Positions 23,869 to 34,675 of a DNA stretch of 64,000 nucleotides are shown here, piece after piece. How positions within the stretch are numbered: position 1 is the stretch's first letter; the number at the start of each line of letters is the position of its first letter. The notes under the pieces were generated by a model that searched no databases, had not been told where the DNA came from, and saw only the letters and a list, made by a program, of their open reading frames with translations. This DNA comes from Massalongia carnosa. Lineage: Eukaryota. Both the position numbers and the translations under genes were made by a program. The stretch lies in the NCBI GenBank assembly GCA_965645245.1, contig OZ287074.1, positions 1,736,001 through 1,800,000 on the forward strand, given 5' to 3'.

Positions 23869-25885
23869 CACTGTAACAAACCCGCCGTACCCGGGTATTT
23901 TATCAGCATACCCGGGCAAATTTTATTCTTAGTAATACAGCTAAAATATCCAAAAATATCTAAAAATATTCAAAAATATCCAAAATATCAAATTGTTAGA
24001 TCAACGACTAACGCACAACCTACGGAAAAGAAAAATTCCAAAATGGATCACCGACTGGTTATGTAAACAGCTTTCTGAGCGATCGAAGCACCACTTTAGC
24101 AATAAATCGAAAAGTCACCGGGCGATTTGCGGTAAGAACGAGTATCCCGCAGGGCTCTCCCCTGTCATCCATTCTTTACCTATTTTACAATGCAGATCTA
24201 TTGGAAATATGTGATCGACCAGGCGAAAACACCAGTGCCATAGGATTCGTAGACGACGCAAACATTTTGGCATATGGAAAAAGCACCGAGGAAAACTGCA
24301 AAACTCTAGAGGCAATACACAGACAATGTGAGACGTGGGCTTCCCGGCACGGGTCCGTATTCGCTCCGACGAAGTACGAACTCATACACTTGTCCAGAAA
24401 TCTCAAAAGATTCAAGATGACTGCATCCATCAATATTGCTAGCACCGAAATTGAACCAAAAACGGACATCAGAGTATTGGGCCTACAAATCGACACCAAA
24501 TTGAAATGGGGACCGCACGTTCGCAAAACGCAAGAGAAAATGGTCAAACAATCCATGGCATTGACAAAAATTTCCACATCAACCTGGGGTGCCACCTTCG
24601 CCAAGGCAAGGCAAGTTTACAGTGCCGTGGTGCGTCCGGCTATGACATATGGGTCAACCGTATGGCACATGCCCAAAGAAGTCAAAAAGTCAAAAACGTC
24701 AACGAGCAAGCTCTCCGTCATGCAAAACAATTGCCTTCGCACCATAGCCGGTGCCTTTAAAGCCACTCCCATCTCAGTACTAAAAGCAGAGACATTCAAA
24801 GCGCCCATAGACACGCATCTCGACATGCTACAAGCACAGGCAAGGCACCGGCTCCGAGCCGGAGGCCAATTGAAGATCATCTCCTCCGCATGCAACAAAA
24901 TAGCTGACAAACTTCAAGGCAAGGCAGGTCGCAAACGACTTCAAAAGCCACCCCGGGAGAGCTGAAACACATCTGGGCCAAAAGCCTACTGATCGGCTCA
25001 AAAATAGTTCAACCACCAAAGGCACACCCACCATGGTTCGAAGTCTACCCGGCGTGGCACCGCGAAGCTACCGTTGCGGCAACGGCCCGACACAAGCAGA
25101 TGCAAACAATCAAAGCACGACAAATGAAGGTCTGGAACGACTCGTGGTGCGCATATCAAAATCGCGTCATCGAACCCTCCATAGCACAATCAGTCCCACT
25201 GAGCAAAAAACGGCTGAAAATACACACGCAGCTAAAAAAGGCAGAAAGCGCTCTAACAACTCAAATCCGCACTGGCAAGATCGGGTTAGCTGACTTCCTC
25301 TACAAGCGACGGGTGCCCTCCGTCACCTCACCGGCCTGCTCATGTGGCTGGCACAGACAAACTCCAGAACATGTAATCATGTTCTGCAGACTTATTGACA
25401 ATAGAGAACAGATGTTTCGCGCCGCCGGCACGAGTGACTATCAGCAGCTGACCAAATCATCAAAAACTCTGAAGATACTAACTGCTTGGCTAATGAAAAC
25501 AGGCTTATTGAATCAATTCTCACTAGCATCAACATTATTGTAAAATCAACAATAGTTGAACCTTTCTTTCTTTCTTCTCTTTTCACAAGGCATTACAGTT
25601 CCCACACGTCTTTTGCACTGCGTCTCCCGCCCGACGTCGACCCGTAGTCACATCGGACGGGTATCAAGGGACATGGTTTTTACACCTGTGAAAGGTTTTC
25701 CATGTAACATAACTTAGATAGCTTTGCCCGCATGGGCCGGCCTACGGCCGGTGTCATATCGGAGTATGAATACATCATCATCATCATCATCACCCGGGTA
25801 TTACCCGGATTCTCGAAAATTGATACCCGTATCCAGATATTTACCCAGGTATTACCCCGGTACGAGTACAAAGTTGGTTACAATG
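23869..25885. mobile_element. Putative non-autonomous DNA transposon (hAT-like ends) interrupted by a LINE
   Basis: Imperfect inverted ends CACTGTAACAAAC (23869) and GTTGGTTACAATG (ends 25885). Both are accompanied by TACCCGGG-type subterminal repeats; AAAATATC tandem units at 23943-23990. No TSD found. Confidence 0.4.
23995..25792 (+). mobile_element. 5'-truncated Tad1-like non-LTR retrotransposon (LINE), frameshifted ORF2
   Basis: RT motifs IPQGSPLS.ILYLFYNADL, GFVDD, IRVLGLQIDTKLKW, IAGAFKATP; C-terminal zinc knuckle CSCGWHRQTPEHVIMFC; frameshifts near 24062 and 24960; ends in (CAT)6CA at 25773-25792. Confidence 0.9.
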
Positions 25886-26231
25886 TATGTACGGAGTAAA
25901 TCGGCCCCAGTCGCGTTAGTTGCGAGTTACGCGGTAATGCATGCATGCATGTACGGTATACTCGCGATGATCCGGAAGTATGTAGATAAATATTCGGATT
26001 AATATATGTATGTAGTGTCGTACTTGAAGAAGCCCTCCATAAACAATGACGAATGAACGAACGAACGAATAAGAAATCGAGAAGTGGATAGATGGTAATA
26101 TAATGTCGATCATAACTCAATCAATCATAAAGTTTACTAATGTATGTACGGGTTCACATGTAGATGTTACAGTCATCATAACGATAAGTACGCGAAATTA
26201 TTGCGTGGTCGATTTCGAATTTGGAGCCTGG

Positions 26232-26491
26232 CGTGCGGCTGACAAAAAACCGGCACACACAAATCTGGTCTTTACAGACAGCTTCAATAATACAGTCTAA
26301 TAAATTTTGATTGTTAAAAGTTTCAAGTGATGGAAGTTCAGCTTATGCGTAAACAATTTACAAACTTTTATTAATCAATAAAGAAGCATGATTGATTGAG
26401 ACTTATTTGAAAAAATAGACATTGAAAGCAAACTATTGAGTATGACCCGCTAAGCGAGCCTTGGTATGCCGTTTTTTTTGTCACCCGCGTG
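26232..26491. mobile_element. 260-bp MITE related to the Tc1-like element at 4712-6037
   Basis: Right end read inward: CACGCGGGTGACAAAAAAAACGGCATAC. Left end: CGTGCGGCTGACAAAAAACCGGCACAC. CCTGG is directly repeated at 26227-26231 and 26492-26496. Interior is AT-rich and non-coding. Confidence 0.85.
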
Positions 26492-26558
26492 CCTGGATGC
26501 GAAGCTGAGCTAAAGCGATTCTAGTTCTTGATTCAATAAACCCACTCTTACTCTCAGG

Positions 26559-27592
26559 CTAGTCAACTCGAATGGGAAACAGACAAGCTCCCAAACCTTG
26601 CAAGAGGTTTACCCGATTCCATACGTCGAGCTCGGCTTGGCCCATCGAGTCCAATTTTACTCGTACCCTTGACTACACGTCCGGCTTGGCTTAGCCCACC
26701 GAGCCCAATTCCACTGGTGCTCTTGGCTCCACGTCCAGCTCGGCCTGTCCTGTCGAGTCCAATATCCTGCATCCCCCCCCCGGGGCTATATCGGTTGGTC
26801 CCTCCTGCTGCTCCTGTTGCATCTGAATAGGGGCATCGAAAGGTGATCTGTGGCGTTTCGACAGTCGAGTCTGAAAGACGATGAGGCCAAGGACAGTAAT
26901 TACAAGCGTCGGAATCACGGCTCCGACGCCGATGCCGATTTTGGCACCGCGGCCAATGCTTGAAGAGCTTTTATCGGTGCGAGGGCTCGTAACGGAAGAG
27001 AGTGCGGCAGAGGTCGTAGAAGAGGATGTGAAGGATAATGACGGTGAAGTTGAACTGCTTTGAAGCCTTGATATTGAAGAAGCCGATATTCTCTTCATTT
27101 ATTCAGGTGGAGGCGCTTCAAATGTTTCATGCCCAGGATTCGAGCAGTCCATCACTTCAGAAGTCGATACACAACATGCCCATAGCTCCGACATACTGTT
27201 ATAAACGATATCTTGAGCTATGTGATCGGCTTCAAGATACTGGCAAGTTAGTTTTTTTCTTTCGTCGTTATTTATAGATTTTTTGATTACATGGCTTATT
27301 CACATGCCTGCGACAAACCTCAAAAATCCAGAAGAGAGGTTAGAAAGAAAGAAAACGTACAGCAACGTTTGGAGCAGGCCGGATCCGCAAAGGTCGCATC
27401 GGTGCATCCGGCAATGTAATAGCCACTCGTTTGATTTTGCGGATGCGTAAAATAGCAGATGGGGTTACTTAGACAAAAATCTCCACGTGCGCAGCACATT
27501 TGAGCAGCAGTACCAGTATCACCACAGGGATTCAGCTGAATATTGTGTATCAACATCCCAGGATTTGGCCAGTAGCAATTTAGGTTTGACAT
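26559..27592 (-). pseudogene. Cys-rich / Ser-Thr-rich single-pass surface protein (Mid2-like architecture) with premature stops
   Basis: CYWPN...CC..GD.CLSN..C...GCTD.TF.DPAC..C, then LWACC...DCSNP, an S/T stalk, TM segment AKIGIGVGAVIPTLVITVLGLIVF and 18-aa cytoplasmic repeats. In-frame stops at 27099-27101, 26691-26693 and 26673-26675. Confidence 0.7.
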
Positions 27593-29162
27593 GACCGAGA
27601 GTGTTGAGAAGTAATCTTTTCCAACGGATTGAATGAAATAATCCAGCTTCGATGTGAACACGGCTCGCAACAGAAACCTAGAGGTCGTTTACCCTTGATC
27701 AGAAAAGGACGAGAAGAGCAATAGCAAGGAGCTCTAATACAATGGGCGAAAAAGCAATAGGTAGGCTATGCTGATGATTCGTAAGTGGATCAACAACAGC
27801 GCTACACCACAACCTGTTGACATTGTCGTCTTCATGTCTGTGTCAGGACTACACTATCCATGTGCCAACCACTAGGCGATGCAGGAATACAATGATCGTC
27901 AAGGCACGAACGGAAACGGGGTTTGATTTGTTGAGCGTTTGGCGCATAGATAGGAAGGGTGTTTCACTCTTGCACATACTTGTATTCACCCCCATTTGCA
28001 ACACGCTAAATGGTAATTACCCAAGAGTAGGTAGAAGAATACTATTTGAGTCGTTCTGCCGTGGTAAATTTTAGCGTGTTGCAAATGAAGATGTGTTGCA
28101 AAAGGGGGTAAATACGAGTATGCAACCGCATCACTCATACTCCGTACGTATCGCCCACCTTCTTCGAAGGCCACTGACCGATATATTTTCTATCGTCATA
28201 GTCCCCCTTGAATGACCACCCGAATACAGAGTACCTCTTTGCTGTTCTGAACCTTAGGAACTCTGCCTTGATGTTTCATCAATCATGCATTGTTCCTTAT
28301 TTTCATTTAATCTAGCGTCGGGCCAAGGCTGTAGACCGAAATAGTTATCCTCGACTTCAGCTGCCAAATTTTGTGTTTGTATAAAGGACTAGATCTTGAT
28401 CATCACCAAGAGGAGGTGATTATAGGTTGGGAATAGGATGAGTCGATGAATAGGTTCAATTTTGCTTATAAAGCGCTTGTAGGTATTATTTACTTCAGGT
28501 ACCGTACGGAGTACAGTGTATGGTACGTTACATGTGTCATCAGAGTATCAGAACATATTACGGAGTACACAGAGTATCTTAATATAATTAGAACCCTGCT
28601 TTCATTACACTTTCTCTTGTTATGCTGCTACAATCTTCCAGCTAATGTTGATACACTCATTAAATCTCAGTTTGAACGTTCAGAAATCGTGATTTGCAAG
28701 CCGTCTGTTTAGAAAAACAGCGATGTCCTATGTAACTACAGAGTATGTTTAGCAGGTAGAAAACCAAAAATACGTTACAATTGGCATTTCCTCGGGTTTT
28801 GACAATGGGTCCTTCCTACCTGCCCTGCATGGTTGCTTTTCGCACCGAGGTGGAGATACGGATTATGGAATGCGAGGGCAGGAGACAAGGCAAGGAAGGG
28901 TCCTTGGGCAGTAGTACGTAGAGTAACTAGGCGGACGGACGAGCGTGGCCGTTTTGTCTGCATCGGGATAAATATCATCGTGCACGTGCAGGACCACAAG
29001 AGTCGCCGAAAATCGAAAGAGATGCATTCCACATTTGAACCCGTTCATTTTATATGCGCCTGTACAAATGTCCTCTCGTATAACCTTACGCGTATTTGAA
29101 ATAGCTGTCTGTGCCAAAAAACGCATTTTGTGCAAATGTATATACCCGGGAAAAAGAAAGCC

Positions 29163-32100
29163 TCATCCCGCAGCAAGACGAGATTCATCTTCCTTGGACT
29201 TCTGCGCTGCAAAGTCTACATGAGAAGGAGATTCAGGATTGGCAGTCCGTGTAGTTGTTGGCGGTAGAGGAGGTACAGCTGCAGGCGGCGGTACTAGCGA
29301 TTGATCCGCTTCCGGGAATATTTCGCCGAAGAGATCAGGCAGGAATCGATCAACGCGCTTCCATGTTTCATTCCAGAGTTCCAAGCCCTCTGACTTTTCC
29401 GATGGCGGCACGAGATAGCCTCCATTCGCCATGACCAGTAAAATGTTCTTCAAACTTTCGGGCACCGCTTCCTCCTATATATGGTGTGATTGATTGGTTA
29501 GCTTTCCGGGGCGAGAATGAACTTGACTTTATCGAAAGGCGTGGGGTTGAACCTACAAGATTATCTCCCTGACCGCTATTCATCAGACGGTCCATAATGT
29601 CGAGGATCTTCAGCCAAAGGTCAAGCATGCCGTCCCATTCCGACAAGAGGGCCAGATAATGCAAAAAGATCTTGCAAAGTAACGTCGCTGCCTGAACCCG
29701 GGTCTCTCCCATGCTGACCGGATCTGACTGGTACACCTCTGGTTTCAGCAATCGCGAGATCAGCGGGAACAGCACCTCTCCGAAAATCGCCGTCCATTCT
29801 TGATGGTCTGCGGATGCAAGCTCAGGCGAGAGAAGTGATCGCTGAAGGCAGGAGAATGCTTGCTGTCTTATCTCTCGACATGGGTTCAAGCACTGATGGC
29901 GAAGTGCCTGGAAGATGGGTGACCAGTAAGTTATCCACGCTAACTGTATTAGCGAAAGTCAATACAGCCACAGTTATATGGTGACAAACCCTCGTTTCTC
30001 TCAAGATGAGATTGCCCAATCAAAGCCGGTACACGATTTGTCAACTGATATATCATATTGACCGCATTGTTGCCCCGGATCACAGCCTCATTATCTCTGG
30101 CGCATGTAAGCATTGGAAGGATAGCAGATGGTCAGGACCTACTGAGGCTTGGTTTGTCTGGCGGCCTTTGATTTTCTGGCAATTTTGTCGAGCTTTTGTT
30201 CCTCAATTGCGCCAACGCTACCAGCGACGGCAAAGCTATTCAGCAATGATACTGCGGCCTCGTAATTATCAGCAGTCACCGCCGGTGGTCTGGTCGTTAC
30301 AACGTTTTCCACCAGACCGAAAACGCTTGCCGCTGCTTCCGGGATGTCGTGGACGTTTTGTATGGTGGACCAAAAGTCGGGGGTATTGGTGATCTCATTT
30401 CTGAGCGGGCTGGGTTTCTTGATGCAGAGTGATAGACCTTGTAAGATCGGTATGGCTGACTTTTCTAGGGTGGAATGATCAAAGCTGGAGATAGTATGTA
30501 AGATAACTGGAGCGCGGACAAACGAGTGATTCTGAGTGGTGTTAGCAGCTTGTAGCCTAGTTTGAGCAAATATATGTACCTGGCTGGCGTTGAGTAGGTG
30601 TAGAAGGTAGAACACAGCTCTTGAGACAATAAGCGGATGAATGTTTCCTGCATCTCTAACTATGTTCTGAAGGGTATCTGCTACAATTTCACCTACGGCA
30701 ACGATTGTTTCGTCATCACGTAGGGCTATGATGGTGGCCAGTTCAAGCAGGTAGACAATCGAAGGATCATATTGCAGTCCTTGCGAAGTTGGTCGATGAC
30801 CGTTTGTTCGGACTGGTGTAGGGTTTGGCCTATCTGGCTTCACTACAATGACAACCGGTGACGACTCCTTTGGAAGATGCTCGAGCAAGGCTCGAACGAG
30901 ACTCTTTAAGGCGTCTGCCGGCATGGCCCTATAAATTAAGTTAGAGATGTTGCTACAGAGCCCAGCGAAAGCTGCACTTACAGCACATCGGAAAAAATTG
31001 TACTCATCGAGCAGGCATGAACGCAGTCCACTGTACATAAAGTGCTATCCAGTTCCTCCTCCGATGGTTCCGGGGGATCATCCGCTGCATAACTCGAGAG
31101 ATACGAGGTGAATGATTGGAAGAGGCCGCTTTCCGAGGGGCGTTCTCCACGATCGATGACTTGTGAGGGTGTCTGAAGCGGGATTGGTGAAAGCCCGAGG
31201 GCGGCCGAGCTTTGGGGGAATGTAGGCGGTAAAAGTGAGTTTACAAACAGGTTCAACCATATGCGAACAATCTAAAGCCTCGTCAGTGCGTGAGAGAACC
31301 GCAAAGTGGGAGGGTTATAACAGACATGTCTCCAGCCATCCCTTATTCTAGCTTCGTTTCCTGAAATGACTCCAAAGAGCACCACGCAAGCAAGTTGCGC
31401 CTTAAAGTCCCTGCCAAATTTGACAGCTAGCTCGCTGACCATAACACTTTTTTTACCAGCCTGAACCTCCGTGTTGAGGGCTGTTTTCGATGGCTCCTCA
31501 GATGCTAGGCTTGTAATTGAACTTAAGCAGAAGATTATGTGATCGAACGCATCGGTAAGACTATATCTAGCTGCAATCTGGGCACATTGATCAAATCCCG
31601 CAACAACTCGTGAAAACACTGCATCATCGGAAGCAGACATAAATACGTATGACAGCGTTGCTACAATTGGCTTCCAAGTAGCGCTAAACATGTCCGCATC
31701 GTAAATGTTGGTGTTGCATATCACCAACGGGCCTGCATGTTGAGTCTTGAGGAGCAGGTCTTCCCAAGCATAATCGAACGCCTGTTTGTTATTGTGCTCG
31801 TCTGGCAGAATAATTTCATTAGTCTTGATTGAATCATATATTTCTTGCAAGTATTCCGGAGCGAAGTCCTTCTTTCCGTTCACTCCTCTTAAGTTTTTGG
31901 TGAAGTCGTTATACGTCATACGTTTCTGATCTTTGAGATTCGGGTTATGCAAATCGGTGTTGAGCATTATTATTGCATATGTTAGAATGAACACAGCATC
32001 CTTATCAGCAATCCCTTCGGGTGTTGTGTTAGCACAGTACTTTGAAGAAAAAACAGTCACAATTCGCTCGATAAGAGGAGATTCGCCGGGCAGTCGGAAT

Positions 32101-34483
32101 GAGTTGAGAAGATCCCTGAGAGCTTCATCAACCCGCTTGCCGCTGAAGTCGAAGAGGTCAAGAAAAGCATTGAGAATTTGCTCGTTGGATCTCTTTGAGA
32201 GATAGTCTCCCAGGACCGACTTTGATATTCTAGTAGTGCCTCTGAGAAAGTGGGCGACGGATTGCGCGTTGTCAGGATCTTCGATGATCCCTTGGGAGGT
32301 CAGAAATGCGATACCGGATTTGGGGTTTTCATTAAATTTGATTGCACCACGGACGATGATCTTCTTACGATCTCGTTGCTCTCGCAAAGTATCTCTATCA
32401 GGGTACCCCTGAAATATTGGAATGTCATTTCGGCGATCTGCCACATATTGTATGTAGCCAAGTAATGAGTCAAGGCACAGAGGTGGCACATTTGTTGTAC
32501 TCCATGTGGCAGAATCTGGGAACGCGTTTCGAGACAGTAGCCCAATCATATCCTCGCAAAGATCACCGCGATCCACCTCGCAGTCGTAGTTGATATACAG
32601 CTCGACAAGGTAACTAGGTATTCGCGATAGAGCACCTATACTTTCAACCATTGCTTCTCTAGAGTCAGGCTTTCGTGCACCGCCTTCCATACCTAGCTTT
32701 TGACGATCTTTGATAGGCACTGGCGTTGATCGACCGCTGCTTGCCTGAGAAGCAGGTGGCTTTACGAGCTTGGGCGCTTGAGGAACACCCTCGTACAAGG
32801 CCGGATCAATCCCTGGCTCTCGCGGTATTTCAACGCGGGGGTGAAGGCATGCAACCAAATATGAAAGAAATAGCTCTTGCTGTAGTTTCAGCACTTCCCG
32901 ACACGTAGCGAGCAAGGTTCCAGCCACACGTAAAGATTCGTTAAGGAGGCCAACATGCTCCGAACGCACTAGCTGAAAAAGATGGCGGCATAGATCGTCT
33001 TTGGCCAGGGTGGCCAAGCTGGGATGTTTTGCAATAGAGGGACCAGCCACCTCAAGCGCAACATCGATAATCCGCAGCGCCATAACCCTCATCGCATCGC
33101 CTTGTTGCCGATTATGAGGTTGCAGAAGATCAACAAGAACTCGAAAGAGCTCTCGGATTGACGGCAAGGAATATGGCTGGATGGAGCTTGTGGCATCAGA
33201 GCTTTGTTCTGAGTTTTGAGCTAGGTCCACCGCGCTGGCGCTCATGGGATTAGCGTTGGTCATTCCGTTGGTCTCGGATGTTCTCTGAGAGGGTGAAGGA
33301 GGTTGCGTCCCTAGTGTATTTCCCTGGACTTCTTCTGAGCGTTCGATTGTTGTGGACGACGGCCGATCAACTAACACTGCCTGCGGGGGGCCGACAGTCG
33401 TGCCATTCATGTTAGGGTCCATTTTCAGTGTATTTGTCCCATCTCGGCTTGCTGCCTCCAATGCATCGAGATCTTCGCTAGACTCGGTTTCCAAAGATTT
33501 CAGACGTTCAAATACGACTTGGCACATTGCTATCATTGACATCTCTGCCGATCGCCTTAGCAGCTCAGAAAGCCGGATCTGACAGCACATGCTCAGTCCT
33601 GTTTCCATCATTTCGCAGACACTTTCATCTCCCAGCAGATCTCCACCTGGGCCAGAAAGCATGCCCTCCATTAATTTCAGGATACGGAGGAGCACCGTTT
33701 CATCGGCCGCAGAGTCGCTGGCCTCGAATCGGCAATGGGTAATGGCAGCCGAAAGAAGCTGCATTGCTAAAGACAGCCGTGGGGATTCTTTACCTATAAA
33801 GTTGTATGCAAAGAACTTCGTAATGGCGACTAAGGCGAGAGAAGTTATTGGGGCTGAGGTTGAGGAGGAACGGATGACTTGGAGGAACGGATGAAACAAA
33901 GAAGGCATATCAAAGCTTCTGATATCTACATAATGTCAGCCGTCTTCATATGTCATTCCCATTAACAGATCTGACCAGTGCATCCCCTAAGATCATTTCT
34001 CAAACGGGCAAAAGCTGACATCAGGGGATTGTCTTGAATGCTCTTCCCTTTCTTCCCCCTTAAGCCCCAACGATTCGCAAGGGTATCATCATCCCTAGCT
34101 AGGCTATTAGGGCTTCTGCTCGGTCGGCTTTGATGTTGCGAGGGACTAAACCCTTGATCATCATGCCTTATAGGTCTGCCTACCTCGCGCCGAGGCGCTC
34201 CTCCCCCTAGTATGGCAGAGACAGACGATTGAGCCCATCGACTATGCTTTCTCATAGCCGAGGTAACGGTGATACATTCCGTAGTGATCAATGCTACTGG
34301 ATCCACTGCGATAGATATCATGGCTCCAGTTGAGGGTATTGGCGGTCCATGCACATCGAGTCCTTGGCGATAGCGTCTCTGTGGAGGACTAGGCGATATC
34401 ACATAATTGCTTGAGATCGAATCGGATCGATAATGATCATGACGCTGAGGCTGTTGGGACGAGGGGGCCTCATTATGCTCCAT
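29163..34483 (-). CDS. GEA2: Large Sec7-domain ARF guanine nucleotide exchange factor (GBF1/Gea family)
   Basis: DCB (PFLQVIRSSSTSAPITSLAL), HUS (YINYDC) and Sec7 (FRLPGESPLIERI, YAIIMLNTDLHNP) motifs, plus C-terminal NPCREIR and VPESLKNILLVM. Multiple GT-AG introns. Confidence 0.95.
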
Positions 34484-34675
34484 TCTGCTTAATCAAGCTT
34501 TATGTTAGGTACATTACTTTTGCGTTTAAAACCCGACCCTTCTTCGTTGAATGCCGAAAATGACCATCCAGCTAGCTGTAGCCATCAGAAAATTGGGCTC
34601 TGCAAAAGTTTCATAATTGGTTAAATCGGTTGAATAGGGCGCCGTGATGAAATCCAATATTGCTAATGCTACCTA

